The position numbers and the translations under genes were made by a program. DNA of 64,000 bases from Collinsella sp. (GTDB lineage Bacteria > Actinomycetota > Coriobacteriia > Coriobacteriales > Coriobacteriaceae): NCBI GenBank assembly GCA_019424925.1, contig JAHYYO010000002.1, forward strand, positions 8,918-72,917, written 5' to 3'. The notes below the pieces were generated by a model. That model was not told where the DNA came from. It was given only the letters and a program-made list of their open reading frames with translations, and made no database searches. Within the stretch, counting starts at the first letter, position 1. Every line of letters begins with the position of its first letter. Positions 28,249 to 37,873 of the stretch are shown here, piece after piece.

Positions 28249-30930
28249 CTAGTCCTCGAGCAGGTCCTCGATAAAGCCGACACGGTAGTTCTTGAAGATT
28301 ACCTCGCCGCCGTCTTGCGTGGCGTCCAGATCGACATCGCCCATGATGCCAAAATCGTGGTCGCCATCCTCGTCGGCAAAGATCTGGTGCACGTGCCATA
28401 CGTGCGCGGTCTTCTCGTCGGACTCGTCGATGGAGAACATCGCGGCGCTGCGGGCATCTCCGTCGGTGAGGATTTCCTCGTGCTGCTCGTGGTAAGCGTC
28501 GAGTGCTTTTTGCCAGCGGATCTCGCTCATGCCCCAGTCGTCGTCGAGCTCGCCCAGGTCGCGAACGTGCTCGCGGGCGGCAAGGGTCACGCGGCGGAAG
28601 AGCGCGTTGCGCACCAACAGCGTGCAGCCGCGGCGGTCCGCCACGACCTCGTCGATGCCCTGCGGCGGCGCAGCATCGAGGGCTGCCGGGTTGCCGGCGT
28701 TCTCCCACTCGTCCACCAGGCTCGAGTCCACCGAGCGCACCACAAAGCCGAGCCACGAGATAATGTCGCGCAGACGCTCGTCGCGCTTCTCGATGGGCAC
28801 GGTGCGGTCGAGCGAACGGTAGGCCTCTGCCAGGTAACGCAGCAAAATGCCCTCGGAGCGGGCGATGCCGAGCTTTTGAATGTAACCCTTAAAATCGCTC
28901 GCGCTTTCCAGCATATCGCGCAGGACGCTTTTGGGAGAGAGCTGGTAGTCGTTTGCCCAGGGCACTTCCTGGCAGTACTTGTCGAAGGCGGCGTCGAGCA
29001 AGTCCTCGAGCGGTTTTTCGTAGGTGACATCCTGGATGCGCTCCAGGCGTTCCTCATATTCGACGCCGTCAGCCTTCATTTCGGCCATCGCGCGGTCGCG
29101 CGCGGCGCGCTCCTGTGCGCGCAATACCTGCTTAGGGTCCTCGAGCGTAGCCTCGACCATCGAGATGAGGTCCATGGTATAGGTCTCACTCTCGGGGTCG
29201 AGCAGCTCCAGCGCGGCAAGCAAAAACGGCGAGAGCGGCTGGTCGAGCGCAAAGTCCTCGGGCAGGTCGACCGTCAGCGCGTAGTCGATGTCCGGCGCGG
29301 CATCAGCCGGAGCGTCGGGTGCGGGCGGCACCTCAGTGCGCACGACGACGCCGGAGTCGATGAGCGTGGCGAAGATCTCGTCGGCACGAACCTCGAGCTT
29401 TGCCTTTTCCTCGGGAGTCTGCAGGCTCGTCTCGATGAGGTCGTGTACGCGGGCTCGGGCATCGCCGCTCTGCTCGACCACGCTAATCACCATAGAGTGT
29501 GTGATGCGAAGGCGCGGCTTGAGCGTTTCGGGCTGCGTCTCGATCAGGCGCTCAAAGGTCTGCTTGTTCCAGGTGACAAAGCCCTCGGGGGCCTTCTTCT
29601 TTTTAATCTTGCGGAGCTTCTTGGGGTCGTCGCCCGCCTTGGCCATGAGTTTGGCGTTCTCGATCTCGTGCTCCGGGGCCTCGGCGATGACCATGCCCTC
29701 GGTATCGAAGCCCGAACGGCCGGCGCGACCGGCAATCTGATGGAACTCGCGTGCGTGCAGGCGACGCATCTTGTAGCCGTCGAACTTGGTGAGCGCGGTG
29801 AGCACCACGGTATGGATGGGCACGTTGATGCCGACGCCGAGCGTATCGGTGCCGCAGATGACGGGCAACAGGCCCTGTTGTGCCAAGCGCTCGACCAGCA
29901 GACGATAGCGCGGCAACATGCCAGCATGGTGCACGCCGACGCCGCATCCGAGCAAGCGCTTAAGAATCTTGCCAAAGGCCGTCGAGAAGCTCGTGCCCTT
30001 GGCCGCCTCCTTGATGGCCTCGCGCTGCTCCTTGCTGGCAATACCAAAGTTGGCGAGGGATTGCGCCGTCGCAAGTGCGGCGTCCTGGCTAAAGTGCACG
30101 ATGTAGAGCGGGGCCTCGCCGCGGCGCATTGCGAGCTCGACGGTGCCCTCGAGCGAGGTCGTCACGTAGTCGTAGCTCAGCGGCACGGGGCGTGGGGCAT
30201 CGACGACCAAGTCGCAGGTAGCGCCGGTGTGCTCCTCGAGTGAGGCGGCGATCGCGGTGACATCGCCGAGCGTGGCGCTCATGAGCATGAATTGCGTGTG
30301 GGGCAGGGTGAGCAGCGGTACCTGCCAAGCCCAGCCGCGATCGGGGTCGGCAAAGTAGTGGAACTCGTCCATGGCCACGCAGCCCACGTCGGCATCCTCG
30401 CCCTCGCGCAGCGCATCGTTGGCAAGGATTTCGGCCGTGCAGCAGATGACGGGCGCTTTGGTATTGATATGCGTGTCGCCGGTGATCATACCGACGTTAT
30501 CGCGGCCGAGCACCTGTACCAGGTCGAAGAACTTTTCGCTGACCAAGGCCTTGATGGGGGCCGTGTAATAGCAGCGCTTGCCCTGCGCCATGCCCATAAA
30601 GAGCATGCCCAGCGCGACGAGCGATTTGCCCGAGCCGGTCGGTGTGCCCAAAATGACGTGATCGCCGGCAGCCAGGTCCATGAGGGCCTCTTCTTGGTGA
30701 TCCCACAGCTCGATGCCGCGGTCGCTCGTCCATTCAAAGAAGCGTTCGAAGGCCTGATCGGCCGTGAGCCACGGTTCGGGCTCACTGCCGTCCTCGGGCT
30801 CCCACCAGGTGGGGGAGAGCGCGCCGAGCGAGCCGAACTCGGCCTCGGTTCCCGTGCCGCCCGAGAATGAGCTGGCGGCGCCGGCGCCCGAGACGGTGCT
30901 GGCGGCGGTATCTGTCGTGGTCTGTGCCAT
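28249..30930 (-). CDS. Ski2-like DEAD/DEAH helicase (DUF3516-associated type)
   Basis: TPTGSGKS, APIKAL, DEFH, MSAT, HHAGML, QIAGRAGR. Confidence 0.88.
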   Translation of the reverse strand: MAQTTTDTAASTVSGAGAASSFSGGTGTEAEFGSLGALSPTWWEPEDGSEPEPWLTADQAFERFFEWTSDRGIELWDHQEEALMDLAAGDHVILGTPTGSGKSLVALGMLFMGMAQGKRCYYTAPIKALVSEKFFDLVQVLGRDNVGMITGDTHINTKAPVICCTAEILANDALREGEDADVGCVAMDEFHYFADPDRGWAWQVPLLTLPHTQFMLMSATLGDVTAIAASLEEHTGATCDLVVDAPRPVPLSYDYVTTSLEGTVELAMRRGEAPLYIVHFSQDAALATAQSLANFGIASKEQREAIKEAAKGTSFSTAFGKILKRLLGCGVGVHHAGMLPRYRLLVERLAQQGLLPVICGTDTLGVGINVPIHTVVLTALTKFDGYKMRRLHAREFHQIAGRAGRSGFDTEGMVIAEAPEHEIENAKLMAKAGDDPKKLRKIKKKKAPEGFVTWNKQTFERLIETQPETLKPRLRITHSMVISVVEQSGDARARVHDLIETSLQTPEEKAKLEVRADEIFATLIDSGVVVRTEVPPAPDAPADAAPDIDYALTVDLPEDFALDQPLSPFLLAALELLDPESETYTMDLISMVEATLEDPKQVLRAQERAARDRAMAEMKADGVEYEERLERIQDVTYEKPLEDLLDAAFDKYCQEVPWANDYQLSPKSVLRDMLESASDFKGYIQKLGIARSEGILLRYLAEAYRSLDRTVPIEKRDERLRDIISWLGFVVRSVDSSLVDEWENAGNPAALDAAPPQGIDEVVADRRGCTLLVRNALFRRVTLAAREHVRDLGELDDDWGMSEIRWQKALDAYHEQHEEILTDGDARSAAMFSIDESDEKTAHVWHVHQIFADEDGDHDFGIMGDVDLDATQDGGEVIFKNYRVGFIEDLLED

Positions 30931-31055
30931 GTGTGGTTGCTTTCTCTCGCGATTGTCCGCCAACTATTATGGCGTAGCGTCGCATCGATGCGTTCGCAGG
31001 CAAGAAAATGCAGGAAATGGGCGTTCTGCCCAGCCGCTTAGTGTAGTCGCTAGCC

Positions 31056-31174
31056 AAGTGAGTAGACTATTTGCGATATTGCGAGCACATGACTTTTGCG
31101 CAAGGGTTCTACCTGCGGTTTTATGTTTCGCTATGCGGGCTGTGCCTGGCTATTGCAAAAAAGTCTACTCACTT
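31056..31174. repeat. 119-bp inverted-repeat element, copy 3 (solitary)
   Basis: AAGTGAGTAGACTATT...TACCTGCGG...AAAAGTCTACTCACTT. Confidence 0.85.
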
Positions 31175-31241
31175 AGGTTTGAGGGCCGTTCGCTGGTGCC
31201 AATTTGCGCTTGTTTGCCGACGCCGCGACCATCAGAAGCCC

Positions 31242-32081
31242 CTAGGACTCTTGCGGCAGGCGCTTCTTGCCTTTACGGGCGCGGTTTCTAAAGTTCTCGA
31301 CGGCCTCTTCCATACCCAGAGGTACATAGGTGAGCTCATCGAGGTTTTCGGGCAGGTAGCAGGCAAGGCTTTGCTCCTGCGCGCGGCCCGCCGCGAGCTG
31401 TTCATCGCTGGGCTGCGCGCCGGGTGTGGCGCAAATGCCATAGACGACGGCACCCATCTCGCGCGTGCGGCATTCGTATTCGGTCTCGGGATGCTCGGGA
31501 TGGTCGCGGCGGACGTCGTCGCTTACCCAAAGCGTGTCGTAGCCGGCCGCGGCAATCTGCCCCAGGGCGTAGTCGCGCAATGGCTTACTGTCGGTTCGCA
31601 GTGTGACGGTGGCGCCGGCTGAAAAGAGCGGGCGGTAGAGCATCAGATGGTCGACATGGACGAGCCGTTTTTTGGCGTACTTGGCCTTGGGTTGCGGCGT
31701 GGGAAAGTTGATGGTGATGGCACCGAGCTCGCCTGTGGCAAACAGCTGCGGCAGCGATGCGGCACCTCGGGGCAGGACGAGTGCGTTGGATAGCTCCTGC
31801 TCGCAGATTTTCTGTGCGGCATAGACGATGCAGATGGGCTCCTGGTCCATACCGATAAAGAGCGTGTCGGGTTCACGGCGAGCTCGCTCAACCAGATAGG
31901 TGCCTTTGCCGCAGCCCAGATCCAGATGAAGGCGGGTGAAGGTCGCGCCGCCAGCTGGCGCGCAGACTTCGCGCCAATTCCCGACATAGGCCTCGGGGTT
32001 CGTCTCAATCGCATCGGCGTAGCGCTCCAGGCGCTCCTCGAGTACAAAGTTCTTAGGCGTGCGAACGTGGACGGCTCCCAT
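31242..32081 (-). CDS. trmB: tRNA (guanine-N7)-methyltransferase
   Basis: LDLGCGKG, INFPTPQPKAKYAKKRL, RTD, TEYE. Confidence 0.82.
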   Translation of the reverse strand: MGAVHVRTPKNFVLEERLERYADAIETNPEAYVGNWREVCAPAGGATFTRLHLDLGCGKGTYLVERARREPDTLFIGMDQEPICIVYAAQKICEQELSNALVLPRGAASLPQLFATGELGAITINFPTPQPKAKYAKKRLVHVDHLMLYRPLFSAGATVTLRTDSKPLRDYALGQIAAAGYDTLWVSDDVRRDHPEHPETEYECRTREMGAVVYGICATPGAQPSDEQLAAGRAQEQSLACYLPENLDELTYVPLGMEEAVENFRNRARKGKKRLPQES

Positions 32082-32199
32082 GAGGCTCCTTGGTCATAAA
32101 TGCGAAACGCATGGCTGCGCGTTTCGGCGATGCGTTGGAAGAAGGTGGGCATAGTTTGCCCGAAAGATGCGGCTCGGCTCGGTGACGCGTCGTCGGTGC

Positions 32200-33072
32200 C
32201 TACAGACGCTTGAGAATCACATAGCGGTTGAGCTCGCCGCTGCGACCGTCGGCATGGAAACGTTCAAGCTCGCGCACGGGGACCTCGCCGCTCTTGTAGA
32301 ACGTACGGACGCCGCGCACCAGGTCGGTGATCTGCTGATCGTCAAAGTGATGACAATAGCGGTAAGCGTGGCGGTCGTTTTGCCAGCCAATGAGGTGGTC
32401 GCCGGCTTCAAACTGCGCGGAATCGTAACCCTCAAACGGTGGGGTGAGCTCGGCGCGGGCTTCGGCGCGAACGGCCTTGCGCGCCATGCGCTCGTCGTTC
32501 ATAAACTCCCAAAAGCTGATGGCGATGATGCCGCCCGGGCGTGTCTGGCGCACCAGAGCGTCGAGCACGCGTACGCGATACTCGCACGACGGCACGTGGT
32601 GCATAAAGCCAAAGCACACCGAGATATCGGCGAGCGGGGCATCGAAAAGCGCGTCGGGTGTCTCGGCGGGGTTGAGCTTCATGAGGGCATCGAGCACGTC
32701 GAGTTCCTGGAAGTGCAGGTTGGGGATGCGCAGGGCGTGGCCATGAGCATCGATGGCCAGGTCTTGGCACGAGTCGACACCATAGAACTCAAATGGACAA
32801 CTGGCATCTGCCGAGGGGTTTGCCCCGTCGACGCCCTTGGCGGCGAGTGCGCCGCCGGCGGCAAAGTTCTCGAATCGCATATTGCCGCAGGCAAGATCGA
32901 AGACGCGGACGGGATGCTCAATCGTGGCGACGTCGAGCTGCTCGAGCGCGACGTCCATGGTGCGCACCCAGCCGGGCCACGGGGCCTGGCGCGTATCGGA
33001 AAAGGAGGCGGAGTGCTCGCGATAGAACGTATTGTTGAGCTGGATGAGCGATGAGGCGAAATCGCGGTTCAC
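32200..33072 (-). CDS. Class I SAM methyltransferase, Trm9/ALKBH8-like
   Basis: FYREHSASFSDTRQAPWP, DLACGN, FMHHVP..EYR, RPGG, DHLIGW, RYCHHF; GGAGGGAG RBS before GTG 33072. Confidence 0.72.
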   Translation of the reverse strand: MNRDFASSLIQLNNTFYREHSASFSDTRQAPWPGWVRTMDVALEQLDVATIEHPVRVFDLACGNMRFENFAAGGALAAKGVDGANPSADASCPFEFYGVDSCQDLAIDAHGHALRIPNLHFQELDVLDALMKLNPAETPDALFDAPLADISVCFGFMHHVPSCEYRVRVLDALVRQTRPGGIIAISFWEFMNDERMARKAVRAEARAELTPPFEGYDSAQFEAGDHLIGWQNDRHAYRYCHHFDDQQITDLVRGVRTFYKSGEVPVRELERFHADGRSGELNRYVILKRL

Positions 33073-33339
33073 GGCGCGGAACTCCCTCCGTTGGCGGTGC
33101 GAAATAAACAGTACGACCATACTACCGTTAACGCCGCAACGGGGACAACCGAGCCGCGGTTCATTGCTTTGTTTGGACACATTTCCGCAGCTCATATGTG
33201 CCCGCAACCGCCGGTTGTCAAAAATCTCACTAGAATAGGTGGCATGCTTTTGGCGGTGGCGGATAGATTTTTAACTGTGCAAGGCGCCTTAAGAACAAAA
33301 ACGGTCCGGCGGCACGGCTGGCATCACATAGGAGGAACC

Positions 33340-34062
33340 ATGAATGTAGAAACTGCGCAGCGGCTCGCCGACCTTCGTCGCAGCAAGGGTTTTAGCCAAG
33401 AAGGGCTGGCGCGAAAGCTGGGGCTGTCGCGCCAGGCAGTCAGTAAATGGGAGCGCGCGGAGAGCTCGCCCGATACCGAGAACCTAATCTCGCTCGCCAA
33501 ACTCTATGGCGTGAGCCTAGACGAGCTGCTCAATCCGAGCGACGAGATCGAGGACGATATCGAGTTTGAGAACGAGGACCGCGCCCGTCAGCGCGAGGCC
33601 GAGGCGGCAGAGCGTGCTCGCACCCATGAGGCGGCGGCGCGCGCTACCGAGGCGGCAACGCAGGCGAGTGATGCTGCGGCCAAGGCGGCACAAGCGGCAA
33701 GCTGGAGTGCGCAGGCCGCCAATGCCGCTACGGCGCAGGCGACGAGTGGCACCGCGGTTGGCTCGACTCCGGTGAAGGGCCCGTTCCAGTCGTTCCCGTA
33801 TTGGGCCGTGTGTTGGCTACTGTTCTTTTTGCTGATGTTCCTGTTTGGTGCCGGTCCCTTTGCCGCGCTGATCTTCTTTACGATCCCCATCTATCACTGG
33901 GTGGCGCGTGCGCTCGATGGCGATTGGGCGCGCGGGGATATCCAGGTTGGTCCGGCGCCGGCGGTCGCTAGGACTAAGGGGGAGGACGTTTTCACAGCGG
34001 TTGACGCTGACATGGCTGCCGCGACCACCGCTGAGTCGAGTGCCAAAGAAGGTGATGAATGA
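33340..34062 (+). CDS. XRE-HTH regulator with C-terminal transmembrane helices
   Basis: RLADLRRSKGFSQEGLARKLGLSRQAVSKWE; hydrophobic C-terminal pair; AGGAGG RBS. Confidence 0.85.
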   Translation: MNVETAQRLADLRRSKGFSQEGLARKLGLSRQAVSKWERAESSPDTENLISLAKLYGVSLDELLNPSDEIEDDIEFENEDRARQREAEAAERARTHEAAARATEAATQASDAAAKAAQAASWSAQAANAATAQATSGTAVGSTPVKGPFQSFPYWAVCWLLFFLLMFLFGAGPFAALIFFTIPIYHWVARALDGDWARGDIQVGPAPAVARTKGEDVFTAVDADMAAATTAESSAKEGDE

Positions 34063-34961
34063 TGAAGCTCTCGCATGAGTCTAAGAGGCGCTTGGGCATT
34101 GGCATCGGAGCGTTTGTGCTCATCATCGGGCTTGTCTTTGGCACTTCGCGGACTTTGATTCATTTTGATGGACCGTGGGATCTCAACGATGTTGTATCCG
34201 GCTTGTCTGGTATGGACGATGCGTTTGACGAGGACGATTCCTTGAATAGCGGTAACTATTCCGCTCGGCCTCAACAGCTTTCGAGCGAAACGTTTGATGC
34301 CGGCGCGTTCACATCGCTTGACTTGGACGTGACGTCGGGCACGGTCGAGGTCAAACACGTCTCCGGCGGGCCAGTGCGCGTGATTGAAAGCGGTCGCGTG
34401 GCAACGGGGACCGTTGCCTTCGATGCGGCAACCCAGAACCTGGCCGAAATCAAGGGCTCTACGCTCAAGATTCGCCAGTTCGATTGCGATGACGAGCGCG
34501 CCATTGACCGCACGGTTACCGTCGAACTGCCGCGCAAAGTTGCCGATAACATGGTGGGCATTACAGCGAATGTAGGATCGGGTGATCTGACGGTCGCGGG
34601 CATTGCGTGTCATGACCTCAACCTGACTCTGGACTCGGGAGACGTTGAGTTTACGGGCACCGTGACCGATACCCTGAATGCCGAGGTCGGTTCGGGCGAT
34701 GTGACGTTCGAGCTTTACCCGGCCCCCACGAAGTCGATGGACGTGAGTGTGGGCTCGGGCGATGTGGAGATGACGGTTCCGAACTCTACGGGCTTTAAAG
34801 CGAGCCTCACCTTGGGCAGCGGCGACTTCGAGAGCGATTTCCTTCCGCTTGGCTACGACGGCGAGACCATTTTGAATCTTGAATTCGATAACGGTGACAA
34901 GTCTGCCACGTATCGTTTTGAGGTCGGTTCGGGCGACATGTCGTTTGATTCGGAGTATTGA
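34059..34961 (+). CDS. Membrane-anchored DUF4097-like beta-strand repeat protein
   Basis: N-terminal TM; repeated V/LGSGD motifs. Confidence 0.75.
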   Translation: MMKLSHESKRRLGIGIGAFVLIIGLVFGTSRTLIHFDGPWDLNDVVSGLSGMDDAFDEDDSLNSGNYSARPQQLSSETFDAGAFTSLDLDVTSGTVEVKHVSGGPVRVIESGRVATGTVAFDAATQNLAEIKGSTLKIRQFDCDDERAIDRTVTVELPRKVADNMVGITANVGSGDLTVAGIACHDLNLTLDSGDVEFTGTVTDTLNAEVGSGDVTFELYPAPTKSMDVSVGSGDVEMTVPNSTGFKASLTLGSGDFESDFLPLGYDGETILNLEFDNGDKSATYRFEVGSGDMSFDSEY

Positions 34962-35057
34962 GGCAGACGAAAGCCTAGGCGAAGATATAGACGCGCTGTT
35001 TGATGAAGGCGCCGAAGCCGAGATCGGCTCCGGCGCCTTTGCCTTTACAATGGGGGC

Positions 35058-36965
35058 ATGGAACAGATTATCTTGAACATACTCGAGGCTCTGCGTCGCG
35101 GCGAGACCGTGGATGACAAAGCGCTCGTCAAACTGATACATGCCGAGGCGCGCCGTGAGGGTGCCGACAAACGCGATTTGGCCAAGCGCCGTCTGCTGCC
35201 GTTCTACCAGTGGGTTAAACGTGAGGAGCCGGCTCGGTGGGCTGCGTGGAATGTCGATTCCGATCTGGAACGCCAACTGCTGCAGGTGCTGCGCATGAAG
35301 CCGCGCCGCACGGCTTCGGGCGTGGCGACCATTACCGTCATCACCAAGCCCTGGCCATGCTCGGGCGATTGCCTATTTTGTCCCAACGATCTGCGCATGC
35401 CCAAGAGCTATCTGCACGCTGAGCCGGCGTGTGCCCGTGCGGAGCAAAACTGCTTCGATCCGTATCTGCAGGTGAGCGCTCGTCTGACCGCGCTTTCGCA
35501 GATGGGGCATGCGACCGACAAGATAGAGCTCATCGTGCTCGGTGGTACCTGGAGCGACTATCCGCAAGGGTATCAGGCATGGTTTATGTCGGAGCTCTTC
35601 CGTGCGCTCAATGACGATGCCGTCGCCGGCGTGGCGGCAAACCCCATGTTGGCGCGTCCGGGCATCAGCCGTGCCGAGGCAGGGCGCCTGCTCGATGATG
35701 CTCCCGCCGATGCCCTGCCGCCGGTGGTAACAGAGCGCCGCGAGCGCTATCGGGCTGCCGACATTGCGACAGACGAGGCCAAGCTCGCTGCCGGCGTTGC
35801 CGACGAGCAGGGGCGTGTGGATGCTGCCGTGGGCGGCTATAACCGCGCGGTGCGTTGTCTGTACGGCCCCGGCACGCCGTGGGGCGAGGTCGCCGAGTGG
35901 CAGGCGGCAACGATGGAGGAGCTTGAGCAGCAGCAACGCATCAACGAGACGGCGAAGCATCGCGTGGTGGGGCTCGTTATCGAAACGCGTCCCGATGCTG
36001 TAACACCGCAGGCGCTCACGCTCATCCGTCGTCTGGGCTGTACCAAGATCCAGATGGGCATCCAGAGCCTCGACCAGCATCTGCTCGATATCAACGAGCG
36101 TCGCATTTCGGTGGCGCAGATCGAGCGCGCGTTTTCGCTTGCGCGCCTGTTTGGCTTTAAGATCCATGCGCATTTTATGCTCAACTTGCTGGGCGCCACG
36201 CCCGAGGGTGACAAGCGCGACTACGAGCGCTTTATGACCGAGGGCGCCTTTATGCCCGACGAGGTCAAGGTCTACCCGTGTGCGCTCATCGAGGGTTCGC
36301 GCCTGGTGGGCTGTTACGAGCGTGGCGAGTGGCGCCCCTATACCGAGGAAGAGCTGCTCGACGTACTGGCCGATGACATCGTGGTGACGCCGGCGTTCTG
36401 CCGCATCAGCCGCATGATTCGCGACTTTAGCTCCGACGACATTATGGTGGGCAACAAGAAGCCCAACCTGCGTCAGCTCGTTGAGAACCGCCTGGCTGCT
36501 CGGGGTGACGGTGCGACGGTGCGTGAGATTCGCTATCGCGAGATCAGCACGGCGGGTGCCGACCTGGGCGAGTTGACCCTTGACGAAGAAGTGACGTACG
36601 AGACGCCGGTGACGCACGAGCGCTTTTTGCAGTGGGTGACGCCGCAGGGCAAGATTGCGGGCTTTTTGCGCCTGTCGCTGCCCGATCGCGCATTTGTTGC
36701 CGCGCATGCGGACGAGTTGCCGACGACGCCGGACGAGGCGATGATTCGCGAGGTGCACGTGTATGGCATGGCGGCGCGCGTGGGGGATCAAGGCCAGGCA
36801 GCCCAGCACCATGGGTTGGGACGGTCGCTGGTGGAGTGTGCGTGCCATATTGCTCGGGACGCGGGCTATGCGCGCATCAACGTGATCAGCGCGATTGGTA
36901 CGCGCGAGTACTATCGCCATTTGGGTTTTTACGATCATGGCCTTTATCTGCAAAAGGAGCTCTAA
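35058..36965 (+). CDS. elp3: Elongator Elp3-like radical SAM / acetyltransferase
   Basis: PWPCSGDCLFCP, PKSY..EPA, GHATDKIELIVLGGT, IETRPD, REVHVYG, QHHGLG, VISAIGTREYY. Confidence 0.92.
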   Translation: MEQIILNILEALRRGETVDDKALVKLIHAEARREGADKRDLAKRRLLPFYQWVKREEPARWAAWNVDSDLERQLLQVLRMKPRRTASGVATITVITKPWPCSGDCLFCPNDLRMPKSYLHAEPACARAEQNCFDPYLQVSARLTALSQMGHATDKIELIVLGGTWSDYPQGYQAWFMSELFRALNDDAVAGVAANPMLARPGISRAEAGRLLDDAPADALPPVVTERRERYRAADIATDEAKLAAGVADEQGRVDAAVGGYNRAVRCLYGPGTPWGEVAEWQAATMEELEQQQRINETAKHRVVGLVIETRPDAVTPQALTLIRRLGCTKIQMGIQSLDQHLLDINERRISVAQIERAFSLARLFGFKIHAHFMLNLLGATPEGDKRDYERFMTEGAFMPDEVKVYPCALIEGSRLVGCYERGEWRPYTEEELLDVLADDIVVTPAFCRISRMIRDFSSDDIMVGNKKPNLRQLVENRLAARGDGATVREIRYREISTAGADLGELTLDEEVTYETPVTHERFLQWVTPQGKIAGFLRLSLPDRAFVAAHADELPTTPDEAMIREVHVYGMAARVGDQGQAAQHHGLGRSLVECACHIARDAGYARINVISAIGTREYYRHLGFYDHGLYLQKEL

Positions 36966-37844
36966 ATGAACAAGCCGAGTGTTTCTGCTGGCGTCGTTGC
37001 CGGCGTTGCTCTGGGAGCCGCGGCGCTTGGTGCGGCCGCCGTCGCTGTTCGTGCTGCCTGTCTGCAGGTTGCGCGAACCCGCAATGGGTTGGCGCGTGTG
37101 AAACGCATGCACGATGAGGGCGGCGATGAGATTCGCGTGTTGGTGCAAGGCGGCGTCTACCAAAGCGCAAGCTACGTTGGCGAACGTTGGGCGGAGCCCG
37201 TCTTTGCGTACTATCGTGCGTTTGACGACGTGTTTGAGGCCGAGGGCGCAATGCGTGACGCTTATGGTCATGGCATCGACCGCATGCTTATGCTGGGCGG
37301 CGGCGGGTTTGCCTATCCCAAGTTCGCGCTGATGTTGCATGAGAGTTTGCGCATGGACGTCATTGAGTACGATGCCGAGATTACACGTCTAGCGCGTCGT
37401 TGGTTCTACCTAGACGAGCTGGAGCGTACGGCGGGCGATCGCCTGCGGGTGATTACCGCCGAGGCGCGTTCGTACCTGGGCGTGACGAGCGTGGGGCATC
37501 GTCGCTACGACGTGGTCGTGAGCGATTGCTTTGGCGGTGCCGAGCCCGTACGCGAGCTGGCGACGGTTGAGGCGATGCGTTTGGTGCGGGGCAGCCTGAA
37601 CCCCGGCGGTATCTATGCGGCCAATATCGTGAGCGCGAACGAGGGGAGCGACGTGACGTTCCTGCGCGATTGCGCAGCCACGGCGCTCGAGGTGTTCGCC
37701 CATGCCTGGGTGGTCCCGTGTGGCGATGCGGAGTTCGGTGGCGAGGAGAACTACCTGCTCATCGCCAGCGACGGCGACTACACCTTTGCCGAAGCCGTGC
37801 CCTTCGATGCTGACTTCCTCGGCGCGGCCCTCCACGACAAGTAA
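36966..37844 (+). CDS. Spermidine-synthase-like SAM-binding protein
   Basis: MLGGGG, DVIEYD, YDVVVSDCF, LNPGGIYAAN; hydrophobic N-terminus; abuts the elp3 stop codon. Confidence 0.75.
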   Translation: MNKPSVSAGVVAGVALGAAALGAAAVAVRAACLQVARTRNGLARVKRMHDEGGDEIRVLVQGGVYQSASYVGERWAEPVFAYYRAFDDVFEAEGAMRDAYGHGIDRMLMLGGGGFAYPKFALMLHESLRMDVIEYDAEITRLARRWFYLDELERTAGDRLRVITAEARSYLGVTSVGHRRYDVVVSDCFGGAEPVRELATVEAMRLVRGSLNPGGIYAANIVSANEGSDVTFLRDCAATALEVFAHAWVVPCGDAEFGGEENYLLIASDGDYTFAEAVPFDADFLGAALHDK

Positions 37845-37873
37845 ATCTCCCCGTCCCAAAAAAAAGACTGGTC

